Of a DNA stretch of 64,000 nt, positions 1 through 19,709 are shown one piece after another; position 1 is the first letter of the stretch; every line of letters starts with the position of its first letter. A model generated the notes under the pieces. That model saw nothing but the letters and a program-made list of their open reading frames with translations, made no database searches and had not been told where the DNA came from. The position numbers and the translations under genes are program-made. The stretch is taken from NCBI GenBank assembly GCA_964016885.1, contig OZ024757.1:42594001-42658000 (forward strand), given 5' to 3'. The DNA comes from Eledone cirrhosa. Taxonomy: Eukaryota.

Positions 1-415
1 TCGTATTTTACTCGATGCTCCGTGCAGTGCTCTCGGCCAGAGACCCTCCTGTCGTAACATGATGTCTTTATCAACATTGAAATCATTCCCAGTTTATCAA
101 CGGAAATTAATTCGTCAAGCCATCGGACTTCTGAAGAGAGGCGGTAGTTTAGTCTACAGCACTTGTACCATAACTTTGGCTGAGAATGAAGACCAAGTGG
201 GGTGGATTTTAACCAATTTTCCTAACCTCATCCTTGCAGCTCAGGTGCCTCATGTCGGAGATATTGGCTTAGAAGGTTCTTCCTTGACACCCGAACAACT
301 TAAATTACTCCAACGATTCAAACCTGACATTTCAAATAATATCAAAGATTCTTTCAACAAAGACACAATCGGCTTCTTTATTGCTAAATTCATTAAAGTG
401 GAAAATGTCATCTAA
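1..415 (+). CDS. NSUN6: 3' end of NSUN6-like RNA (cytosine-5)-methyltransferase; frame is open from the window start
   Basis: Frame from nt 2 reads RILLDAPCSALGQRP (motif IV PC), LVYSTCTITLAENE (motif VI TC), LQRF..DTIGFFIAKF; stop TAA at 413-415, ATTAAA just downstream. Confidence 0.88.
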   Translation, partial: RILLDAPCSALGQRPSCRNMMSLSTLKSFPVYQRKLIRQAIGLLKRGGSLVYSTCTITLAENEDQVGWILTNFPNLILAAQVPHVGDIGLEGSSLTPEQLKLLQRFKPDISNNIKDSFNKDTIGFFIAKFIKVENVI

Positions 416-1402
416 TTAAAAATGTTAATTATTTCGACTTCATTCGTCTCATATTTATAAATTAAACAGTTTTTATTTGCTGGAGTATTTCACTGGTACT
501 TTATTTATCGACCTCCCTCAAAGGGATGAAAAGCAAACTTGAGCTTGGACGGGATTTGAACTCAGAATCTAAAGAAATGAAGATATTTTCAGCTGATATT
601 TTGATATTTTAATGGAGTTTTTCGACATTTTTTGTTGACAGGTTGGTTATTCTTTTAATTTAATTATTTGTGTTGGAATATAGTGTTAGGTGAACATGTT
701 CGAGATATTTACACACATACGTACACACCACTCTCACACATATATACTGTCACATATACACAACAGATACACCACCTTCTCACACAGCTCACACACACCA
801 CCTCTACATACACCACTTTCACATACACAGCAGACACCACAGGGCGGTCTGCTAGAAATGGCAGCCAAATCACGCCTGTCTTATAAACAAAGAGAGAAAA
901 AGAATATAGTGAAGACTAACTACATTATGTCTGAAATAAAATAAAGTCAGGTTGGTTATGGCTGGGTTGTCTTGGGTCGTAGTTTTACCCTGGAGTTAAA
1001 CACCTCTAACATAACACATGTTCCCCCTCACAACCATCTTGTGCTTCTGGGTTCAGTCTTGATGTATGGCACCTTGGGAGGGCCTGATGTCTCCTTGTGG
1101 CACCATGTGGGTACCTGTGCCGTCGAAACGGCAAGAGCTCAATCGTCGGACACTATTTACAATAACTACACTCTACTTTCCCAAGTATTGAGTACTTAGC
1201 TGAACAATGGTCTTACTAATCTAAACTGGTAACTCCCAGTCTCTCTCTCAGTGGCGAACTGGGTCAAAAAATATTGGTTGCCAGGAGATGAAGGGAGTCC
1301 ACCTACATATAGAATGCTAACATTGGCCCCTAAAATACATGCTACAGTGGGCCCCTGGGGCTCACTTGCCATTTGGCAACCCGGCCAGTCCGCCACTGTA
1401 TG

Positions 1403-1440
<38 letters not shown>

Positions 1441-2430
1441 TATATATATTATTTGTTTGTTAAAATAATCAAATTAAATTAATTCGGTTAAACACAGGAA
1501 TAATAAGGTTGTTACCAAAGAGCCAGAAGATTGACAGGTCGACCCTAAATATGACTAATAGCTCTAGGAAAGCCATGAACACCACCACGTCTTTTAAACA
1601 AGGTTTATAATTATCAATTTTCATTATACTTTTGTAGATGTCTCGGTGGTTTAATGGAAGGAATCATAGACGGTGGTGATCCTGGTCTGAATTTCGATCC
1701 TGGTTGGGAGTAGGTTTCCATGGGATGTAAAATAAAACTGAAAATGACCAGGATTGAACCCAGAGCCAGGATCTCCACCGTCTCTAGTACGTACCACTAG
1801 CCCACTGAGACTACTACGAAAATCTTATGAAAATTCATAATTATAAACCTACTTTCAAAATGTTCAATGCAAAATCATTTGGTGTCGTTCATGTCTTTCT
1901 TAATGTTATTGCTCCTACTTAAGGTCGACTTCTAAATCATTTGGGTGTTCCATAAACTACATCCTCGTTTTCTATATATGCATATATATGTGTGTTATGT
2001 TTAGGGCTTGTAACTTAGCCGTTCACCAAATGGGTTGATATGATCAATTAAATCCCCTTAAGGCAGTGTTACAGCTTGGCCGCAGTCTAATGACGTAAAA
2101 GAAAGGAAAACTATTCTTTCTTTCTTCTCGCCTTTTCCTCTCTTTGTTCTTTTATTCTCTATATTTCCTAATCTCTCTATATATATTTATTAGTCTCTCT
2201 CGATACCTCTCTCTGTATGTTACCCTTTCTCTCTCCCCACACCTCTCTCTTTATGTTACTCTTGCTCTCTCTATCTATGTTGCCTTTTCTACTGCCCCTC
2301 TCCTACTGTTCCTCTATAATAATTATTCTCTTCCTCTCCACTGACGTAGTTTTTACACACACATATATACACATGTGCACCAACACACATACAATGAAAA
2401 ATGCCCGTATGTGTTATAATGACGCACAAT

Positions 2431-2495
<65 letters not shown>

Positions 2496-3169
2496 GCATA
2501 CACTTTGGATACGCCCATATGTGTTTATACCGATTTACGCACACATTCGCGTAAACATATATAATAGCTATATACACACACCATCAGTGCCCGTATATTG
2601 ACGTATTTACATTTACATACACACACATTGTATAAATGCCCGTATGTATTTATAGCAGTGCTTTCTCTCTCATACACGTTCTTCACACATACGCACACAC
2701 GTACTGGCTGTCGACGCACCACACACACACACACACAGTCAGTGAGTGTGTAAGTAAGTGCCCGTATGTAACCACTATAAAAACTCTCCCTGTCTCCAAC
2801 ACGAGGTAGTAGGACATCAGATGTGATTGCCATCAATCCAGTCCTCGCTCGCTCTTACACTACACGCCGGTACTCGACATATATACGTGCACATCTATCT
2901 ATATACCATAACGTTTGTCTCTCTAACAAAGAAAACCTTCCTGTTATTGTATATATGTTTATATAGTTTCATTTTCGGTTAATTTAAAGCTAGATTAAGT
3001 TATAGCTAGCCATCCTTTGAAATTATATTTTTATAAGACTCCCATTAATATTTCTAGAAAGACAAAGAATCAAATCAGTTGTACGCACATGCATACAAAT
3101 ATACAACTACTTGTGTCTATATTTAAAGAAATAGTTTATATTTAGGCTTGCCCTGTCACTTTTAAAAGG

Positions 3170-3480
3170 GTGGAGGGAAAGAAAATGGCTGACTTCAACT
3201 AAACGCCATTTTTTTTTTTTTTTTTTTTTTTTTATTTCTTGACAAAACAATTTTCTTTTCTTCGTTTCTTTAATTAATAATTTAGTCTTATTTTATATTT
3301 TATTTATTTCAAACAGCAACATGAATCTTTCTGATTTTTCGGACATTCAGCCAACATAATTAACCATTGAGTCGGCTTTTAAAGACATTTTTTAGTTGTT
3401 AAAAAGAGGGGGACGAAAAACAAAACTCCATTTTTGTTTTTTTTTTAAACATATTTGATCTTTAACCGGAAGTAGTCCTA
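3170..3480 (+). promoter_or_regulatory. Probable NABP promoter / 5' UTR region
   Basis: YY1-like AAAATGGC and GCCATTTT at ~3182-3212, and ETS-like CCGGAAGT at ~3466, just upstream of the ATG. Motif match only. Confidence 0.3.
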
Positions 3481-3576
3481 GCTGGTCTTCCCCCCCGACT
3501 TCCGGTAGTCGGGGTGTGTTGATTTTTAGTTATTTTTATCCCCTTAATTTTTTTTTTTTTATCTGTTAATATTTCG

Positions 3577-10692
<7,116 letters not shown>

Positions 10693-11626
10693 CAACCACT
10701 GGCAGCAGCAAGAGAGGAGGTGTATCTCCTACTGGTTGTCCCCTACCAACTCCTTAAACATTTCATTCTCCCTCCCCACCCCCCACCCCCACTCCCAAAA
10801 TCAGCAACCCTCACCCCACACTCTTTTTATTTCTGTCATCAGAGGTTAAAAAGACGCTCTTAATTATAGAAATAATCATGCATCGCACATACATACACAT
10901 TCCCTCCCACACATTTCACATACATATTCACACATTACATCCACACACACATATGCAGACAAAATAAACATGCACACACGTGTGTGCATTTTTATTTCAT
11001 ACTGGGCTGAAAAGAGTTTGGAAGGATGTCATTGTTAGATGTGTGTGTCAACCTTTTATGGTCTTCTTTACAACCCCCTCAACAACTTCTGAATAAGAAA
11101 TGGTCCCACTAGTGATGTATTGTTCACATGCTTAGCAGTGGTGAGTTTATAACCATTGTCATTCTGATGATGAGGCTGGGAAGGTCTCGAAACACTGACA
11201 TAGATTTATAAACCAGGCATAATGACTTAAGGAAATATGAGAATTCCTAAATAAAACTGATCAAACTGGGACACGGTCTTTGAAAGAATAGCTGTTCCAT
11301 ATATATTATATTTGGTGTATATAAATGTGTGTATGTATGTATATATATATATATATACATACACACACACACACAGGTATTCTATTTATTACGTGTTCCA
11401 GCCGACAGGCTAAGGCCATGCTGGGGCACCGCTATTGATGCTATAATTTCTACATCCCAACTTTCATGGGTTGGCCATTGATGCAAAAGGGAGTTTGTTG
11501 CTGCTGCCCTTATTTGTGCTTTGCCTCGTGCTGTGGGTTCATCCAGGATCTTAGTAGAATGTCGAGATGCCTATTGAAAACATCTACATGCACACTATAT
11601 ATATATATATATAGGTGTAGTATAGG

Positions 11627-11657
<31 letters not shown>

Positions 11658-11670
11658 GGTGTAGTATAGG

Positions 11671-11718
<48 letters not shown>

Positions 11719-11810
11719 ATATGTATGTAAAAGGTAAACAGAAATAACACAAACTGTACAGTACACGGAAGGAATATATTAGTTTAACGCTTGAAGTAGT
11801 AGGAAGAGAG

Positions 11811-11846
11811 TCTTAACGTTTCGGACGCTGGTCCTTCATCAGAAGA
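11811..11846 (-). ncRNA. Minimal type I hammerhead motif
   Basis: tctt-CTGATGA-a-ggac(cagc)gtcc-GAAACGTT-aaga; palindromic, loopless stem III. Confidence 0.78.
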
Positions 11847-11934
11847 ATGTGAAATTAGAAAGATTGAAGGGGCGCTATTGGAAAAAATGTTTTTAGAGAA
11901 AAATAACAAGTCCATTCAGGTTGCTATCTCTTCA

Positions 11935-11973
<39 letters not shown>

Positions 11974-14209
11974 TATACATTATATAACAACTGTATACCA
12001 TATATATTGTATATTAGGTATTATATTATATGGGTCATTCACGAAGAGCCGGATTATGTGTGTATACATACATACGTACGTATGTGCAGAGAACAAAGAA
12101 ACCAAGACAGAAGTCAGGGATAGGTAGTTAATTAGTTGATTGTGGAAGATTGGTGTCTCAACTAGTTCCTATATATATATATCAGGATTAATCAGGATTT
12201 TACCAGTTTTAAACTAGTAAGACCATTATTCAGCAAAGTACTCGATACTTGGGATAGTAGAATGTGACTGTATTAGAGAGAGCTAATTCCAGACTAGAAC
12301 TAGCTGTCGAAACTACAAGAGCTCAGGCATTGGGTCCTGACACTCTCTAAACATAGTCACTCTCTGCCATAAGAAGTATCAAGTACTCCTCTTAATAAGT
12401 CTTAACAGTTTAAAACTGGTAAAATCTCGACCTACATAGCTCTTACTACAGTTGTAGAGCACTCTGGCCTATCCCGGCTGCCTCTTTCTACCTCAATAAC
12501 TGGACACTAAAGAGTCTGGAATTAGCTGTCAAAATGGCAAGCGCTCAGCTGTCTGGCCCTGGCTCCAACTAATTATATATATTTCATTGAATTGGTCTGA
12601 GATTGTAGCAAAACACATTTGTCCAGGAATCCACACCATATTGTGGTATTTAGCTCTGGACTCAATGGTGGCCAGCAAACCTCTGTTACCATATAACCAC
12701 ACACACGCACACTGTCCTCATGTCACCTCACATCCTTCCTCTGACATCACACACACACTGACCTCTCCACCTCCCAAATTTGACCTCCTGACCTCACCAT
12801 TCTTCATTATCATTTCATTATTTACAATACAGTTTTTCTTATAAATTCTCTCTTGTTGTTTTATTTATTCCAACTTTAATCAACATGTAGTTGAGAAGAC
12901 GAAAGTTCAAGTAAGTTGACCCTTAGTGGTAAAACACTGTTCTGTTTGTGTGTTTCTTGGAATCCACCTTTGGTGAAAGGGGTGAGATTTTCTTTCCTGT
13001 GTGTTAATTTATTAAGAACCCAAGCAGCTGCACACTTTTTGTATGTAAGATTTTCAGTTAATTAATCTTACTACTTGTACTTGTGGCAGCGTCCACTTGG
13101 GGTGGGTTGAACCAGAGACTTGGCCACTCTCAGCCAAGCAACACATACATCACTTCTGAGACGCGCTTGAAACGTAACTGGAGGGAATACAAGACTCTCC
13201 AAGAGATATATAATAATCTGCCACTTATAACTGATGTTGTATGTAGAAAGATGGTGAGAGGTGACTGTGTTGGTATGGTCATGTGATGTGTCGGGATGGT
13301 TATCTCACTGGGTGAAGAAATGCCAAGAAATCCCAGTGGAAGGAAACTGCAGGTATTTTTATTGCTGAAAATAAACATAAAATATAATAGACATTTTGTG
13401 GAAATATAATTTATCACCAAAAATAAAAAAAAATGTATGTTAGGTTTCAGGGTTGTACAGCAAAAGTAATGCCGTTTGTCGTGGAAATAATCATTGATTT
13501 GATATATATATATATATCATCACCGTTTTATGTTATGTCCATTCCTCCACGCTAGCATGGGCCAGACGGGCTTTCTGGTCTTTTTTTCTTGTCTTGCTCA
13601 TACAAGAACTGATTCTGGCTTGATTTCTACAGTTGGATGCCCTTCCTAACACCAACCTCATTTACAGTGAGTGCTGGGTGCCTTTTTTCTGTGGCGCCTA
13701 CACGTCCACTTTACAGTGTGGGCTGGGTGCTTTTTTTGCAGTGGGAGGGGGTGGGGCCATATTGTCTATATGCTTCAGCACATACATATATATACACACA
13801 ATTAAAGGGTATGGCTTATAAGTTAGGGTATTGGACTTACAATCTTAAGATAGTGGGTTCAATTCCTGGACTGGGTGGCACATTGAGTTATTGAGCAAGA
13901 CACTTCGTCTCATAAAATAAAACTGGTATAGCCTCATAGGAGGCCAGCTAATCCTGTGTAGGTATAATGGCATAACAGAGGGCCCCTATCATTAAAAACT
14001 CCAAAGAAACTAAGGTATCTTATATGAGGCCAGCTAAACCTTTGTAAGAGTGAGCTAGATCATTAAACCATTTATATAAATTACTAGCAGTGGTAGCCGG
14101 CGTTGCATGGGATAAGGAATTTTGAAACACGGGCCGCCAACGGACCTAATTGTGGAAAAACTGTATGCCTGGACGATATGTAAAGAAAATAAACCGAATA
14201 CCGACAAGT

Positions 14210-15450
14210 AAACTTAGCTAGGAGGGAAGCAGAGGATAGAAAATTCAAGCATGTTTTGCAACGTGAGGACCAGAAACAGGAGGTGTTCAAGATTGCGAGG
14301 CAGTGTGTCAGAGTTGTAATGTCATTGGAGAGAAGTGTATCCGGAATGATAAAGGTGAGCTTGCCCTCACAAGTGCTGAGAAGAAAGATGCATGGAAGAG
14401 TCATTATGATAGATTACTAAACGAGGAGAATGCATGGGAAGAAGAGACCCTACCCCCAAGTAGACCCTATAGAGGGGTCAGCAGCAGCGTAGTAAGTAAG
14501 GCAATCAAAGATATGAAGATGGGGAAGGCAACCGGTCCATCGGGTATAGCTGCCCGTATGCTGAAGGCATCTGGGTCTGTAGGTCACACTATAACCACAC
14601 GTATTGTTAACCAGGTAATACTAGGTGTCATACCAAAAGATTGGTGCAGTAGCATCATTGTCAACTGCTACAAAGGTAAAGGTGATGCACTAGATAGAGG
14701 AAACTATAGAGGTATAAAGCTGATGGACCAGGTCATGAAAGTAACAGTTATAGCACAGTTGATTAGGGACCGGGTGAAACTAGACGAGATGCAATTTGGG
14801 TTTGTACCAGGAAGAGGCACCACTGATGCCCTCTTCCTTGTGAGGCAGTTACAGGAAAAGTACCTAGCTAAAAGTAAGCCGCTCTACCTGACATTTGTCG
14901 ACCTTGAGAAAGCCTTTGACAGAGTTCCACATGCTGTAATCTGGTGGGCTCTTAGAAAACTAGTAGATGAATGGCTTGTGAAAGCAGTACAAGCCATGTA
15001 TAGGGGAGCAGTCAGCAAACTTAGGATTAGCAATGAGTATAGCGAGGAATTTAGCGTACAGGTTGGGGTCCACCAGGGCTCTGTTCTTAGCCCCTCCTGT
15101 TCATCATAGTCCTGCAGGCAATAATGGAGGAGTTTAAGACCGGATGCCCATGGGAACTCCTGTATGCTGATGACCTCGCACTTATAGCTGAATCTATGGT
15201 AGAACTAGAGAAGAAATTCCAAACTTGGGAGCAGGGACTAGAAAGAAAGGGTCTCAAAGACTATGGTCCTTGTAAGTAGACGAGAACACAGAACCCAGAT
15301 CCCCTCAGGGAAATGGCCTTGCTCAGTCTGTAGGAAAGGTGTAGGCAGGAACTCCATTCTCTGCCCCAAATGCAAACAATGGGTACACAAGAGATGTAGC
15401 GGGATCTCAGGAAGATTAACTAAGAATGTAGGCTACACATGCAGCAGCTG
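14210..15450 (+). mobile_element. RTE LINE family B internal RT fragment
   Basis: ORF 14303-15109 ([28 protein letters not shown]) and PHD fragment 15263-15460. Confidence 0.92.
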
Positions 15451-16441
15451 TAAAAATTAAATGTTGAGTTGTGTTGTGTTGTATGGAGTTTTTAGGTGAA
15501 TATAAATCATGGTCAGGACTAGGAAAGATAGTATATTAGAAGATGAAAATTATAATAAGATAATTGTTTCTACTTTTGGCACAAGGCCAGCAATTATACC
15601 AGTGTATTACTGGTACTTTATTTTATCGACCCCGTAAGGATGAAAGGCAAAGTCAACCTCGAGATAATGAAATATAATAATATAATACAATGTAATATAA
15701 TATAGTACGGTATGGTACATAGTATAATACAGCGTATGATACATCTTAAAAAATAAAATAGTAAATATCTTCAAGTGTGTCTATGTATAAGTAATCAAAC
15801 TCAGATAAATGACCATGATTTATATTCACCTAAAAACTCCATACAACACAACTCAACATTTAATTTTTACTTTCCTTTTAAACTTCACTATACCATATAC
15901 ATTCAACTATCAATATAACAATCCCTTTTTCCTCATAGGTTCTTTATAGCAATTCTATTTTTAACACCATTCAACCATTCCTTTCAAAGGGTCATGACCT
16001 CAACTAAAGTGAGTTATTTTTCATCTTAACATCATATGGGAAAATAACAATTTGATTGGTTTGTTCTTCAACTACCTTCAAATTTACTACTGATTTTGAA
16101 TAAAATTCTCATTGCTTTTGACAACAGCTGATGATATACATGTAAGTAAATATATTCCTTATCTGATATTTTGGAACTAACCCTACATAGATCGATAACG
16201 AAATATACGTACGATGTATTAATATCACCCAGAAACGATCGTAAAGCAGTGAAGTATATTTCTAATGACTTAAATTTTTATTTCATTGTTTTAACTTATA
16301 TCATGACTCTGTCTTCCTTTTGATGTTTTATTGTTTTCTGGGATTTATTTTTACCTACATTTTCAACATATGGATTACATTGAGTTCTTCATGCAGATTA
16401 GACCCCACACCTTACTGTGGATATTTCTGTGAGTGTGTGTA

Positions 16442-16499
<58 letters not shown>

Positions 16500-16501
<2 letters not shown>

Positions 16502-16832
16502 GGCACATGGCTTAGTGGTTAGAGCATTGGGCTTGCAATCGAAAGGTTGTGAGTTCAATTCTCAGACTGGGTGATGTGTTGTTTCCTTGAGCAAGACACT
16601 TTATTTCACATTGCTCCAGTTTACTCAGCTCTAGAAATGAGATGATAGGGACCCCAGTCCCTATCATTCCTCTGCAAAGTGGTCGTGGTGGTGCCAAAAA
16701 AAGCACCCAGCACTCACTGTAAATGAGGTTGGTGTTAAGAAGGGCATCCAGCTGTAGAAATCAAGCCAGAATCAGTTCTCGTCCCACCCTTGCAAGCAGG
16801 GAAAAAGCGGACGTAAAATGAAATGATGATGA
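16500..16832 (+). mobile_element. Complete tRNA-derived SINE with CORE-like domain and RTE family B-like tail
   Basis: A box TGGCTTAGTGG, B box GAGTTCAATTC, CORE-like TCCTTGAGCAAGACACTT, 3' end shared with family B LINE, (GAT)n tail. Confidence 0.85.
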
Positions 16833-17077
16833 TATATACATGAGATGTGAATATAAACACACCCTATATAATAATAAAAATAAGGATATCTTTATCAACC
16901 ACAAAGGGGTTACATTAAGAAGAGTCCAGGACAAAAGAGTGTGGGGGTGTATGTATATGGGGGGAGGTCATGTGTAAACAGGATCAGTAAGAGTACAGTA
17001 GTGCTGGTGGTAGTATAACTTATTATCCCACCTCTGATTATATCTGTGTCATAACTATCTACATATTTACACACGCC

Positions 17078-17079
17078 CC

Positions 17080-17110
<31 letters not shown>

Positions 17111-17169
17111 GTCTCTCTCTTTCTCTCTCTTTCTGTCTCTCTCTTTCTCTCTCTTTCTCTCTCTCTCTC

Positions 17170-17236
<67 letters not shown>

Positions 17237-17327
17237 TTCTTTCTCTCTCTCTTTCTTTCTCTCTTTCTGTCTCTCTCTTTCTCTTTCTCTCTTTCTCTCT
17301 CTCTCTTTCTCTCTCTCTCTTTCTCTC
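17078..17327. repeat. (CT)n/(CTTT)n polypyrimidine microsatellite
   Basis: Direct inspection. Confidence 0.95.
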
Positions 17328-17468
17328 TATAATGATGATGAAGCTTATTGCGTGGTGGTGAAAGATTTTACATTTAAATAACTCCACCTACGGACCACCA
17401 TATATCGTAGACTTTGTCCATAACACACAGATATACAGACACGGAAGTGAAGTCACCTCTACGTAAGT

Positions 17469-17505
<37 letters not shown>

Positions 17506-18599
17506 TATTTATATTTGTTTTGATAAATAGTGCCCGATGGCTGAGATGTATATACATTTATTTATATATATTTATATTAATTTTTAAATTCTTTTTGTAA
17601 GGCTTTTGATATGATTTAGCTTGTGTACATCATATGGAGTTTATGTCTACTCCTTTTCTACATATTGAGTAGAGCCACTTCACAGAAGGAATCCGGGTTC
17701 TATCTTTTTTCCTCCTCACTAACACTTCAGTTTACTCTCAGAATATTTGATTCCAAATTCTTTTTCCACAGTCAGAACTTATTTTCTAGTTCTTTTATGG
17801 ATTTAGCTCTAAGGACCAGATCATTCGCATAGAGAAGTCCCCAACAACAGCTCCCTTGTACATAGCTTGCACTGTTCTCATCAGCCTTTCTTCTACACCT
17901 AGTTTCCTTAAGGACCACCAGATTATAGATCAAGGTACTCTGTCAAAGGCCTTCTCTAGATCAACGAAAGCTTTAGTAGATTATTCTTGGCTAAGAACTT
18001 CTCTTGTAGTTGTCTCACTAAGAACTTACTAGATCTACAAAACCAAATTTAATATAAAATTAAAATAAATTGTTTAGAACTACAAGTGAAGTCATTCTTT
18101 TCGTAACTGTACCAAGGACTTCACACATTTTCCAATATCCACGCTGTAAAGTGGCCGTGTAGGTAACACGGTAAAAACCTCCCAGTACACACTGTAAACG
18201 TGGTTGGTGTTGGGAAGGGCATCCAGCCGTAGAAAACCCGCCAGACAGTCCTGAGCAAGACAACCAATAGAGCACTCGACGTAATGCAACTCACCCATCT
18301 TTGTTTGTGTTGGTGGTGCGAGTACAGAGTTAATCATTATAAAATAACAGGAGGCTGGACTGATGTAATTCCTTAAAGGTTTATTATAATATGAACATTT
18401 CAATGACCCGGTTCAGTATGAATCCGGTGACATCATCAGGTATTCAAAATTTAACAAAGGAATATAATAGACACAATCCATGGGGCTGAAAAAGGCGGCC
18501 AACCGGACTGGCAACTGTTAATTGTTTGGTCGCCTTCTCATCTCTCTGCTTTTTCACCCCCATGGATTGTATCTATTATATTCCTTTGTTAAATTTTGA

Positions 18600-18656
18600 A
18601 TACCTGATGATGTCACCGGATTCATACTGAACTGGTCATTGAAATGTTCATAGTAT
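18600..18656 (+). ncRNA. Type I hammerhead ribozyme motif (inverted copy at 18386-18443)
   Basis: atac-CTGATGA-tgtcaccggattcatactgaactggtcatt-GAAA-tgttca-TA-gtat; AUA triplet. Confidence 0.75.
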
Positions 18657-18928
18657 AATAAACCTTTAAGGAATTACAGCAGTCCAGCCTCCTGTTATTT
18701 TATAATATATATATATACATACACAAAGTATACGTATGTATGTGTATATATGTATATATATATATATATATATACATACATACACACACAAAGTGTATGT
18801 ATGTATGTATGTATGTATGTATGTATATATATATATACATACAAAGTATATGTATGTATATGTATATATATATACATACAAAGTAATTGTATATATATAT
18901 ACATACATACATACAGAGTATATGTATG

Positions 18929-18960
<32 letters not shown>

Positions 18961-18963
<3 letters not shown>

Positions 18964-19540
18964 TCACATGATGCGCATGAAAGACGACAGCTGTATAAAA
19001 AAAGTGCAGGGCGATCAAAATAGATGGTAGCCATGGAGTATGTAGACCCACAAAAACCTGGGATGATCTGATAAATTCCGACCTCACACACTTACACTTC
19101 TCCAAGACAATGTCACTTGACCGAGATCTTTGGCACTACGCAGTAATACAGAAGACCCGCCTTGCCTAAGTACAAAGCGAAACCTACAGTCAGTAGGCAC
19201 CACCTAACCAAAAATACACCCCCCCCATCTACACCACCCCCTTTCTCTGTAAAGTTATGTTGGTGCCACAACATCCAATCCTAAATAAATGAGGTCGTGT
19301 AGGTGTCACGACAAAAAAACACACAGTCCACGCTGTAATGTGGCCGTGTAGGTAACACGGTAAAAACCTCCCAGTCCACACTGTAAAAGTGGTTGGTGTT
19401 AGGAAGGGCATCCAGCCGTAGAAAACCTGCTAGACAGTCCTATAGGAGCAAGACCACCAATCTTGCCTCAAGTGGGACAATTCCCATCTAAACCCATGCT
19501 AGCGTGGAAGATAGACATTAAACGATGATGATGATGATGA
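18961..19540 (+). mobile_element. RTE LINE family A 3' fragment
   Basis: End of ORF plus 3' UTR, starting after (TA)n. Confidence 0.88.
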
Positions 19541-19555
19541 CATACAGAGTATATG

Positions 19556-19595
<40 letters not shown>

Positions 19596-19709
19596 TAAGT
19601 ATATGTATGTATATATATATATATATACACACACATAAGTATATGTATGTATGTATGTATATATATATATGTATATATATATACACACACATACACATAA
19701 AGTATATGT

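Noticed and set aside
1-415. NSUN6 as an intronless retrocopy
   Set aside because: Only the last 415 nt are visible; a long terminal exon cannot be distinguished from a retrogene here.
11155-11205. Hammerhead-like CTGATGA..GAAAC downstream of NABP
   Set aside because: Stem II is plausible, but the U of the cleavage triplet is missing and stem I pairs poorly; at best a decayed copy.
16500-16575. tRNA gene (GCA anticodon-like loop); similar at 31826-31895
   Set aside because: SINE head: acceptor stem not intact, and it continues into CORE-like and LINE-tail sequence.
17067-17387. RE/KE-rich ORF
   Set aside because: Translation of a (GA)n microsatellite.
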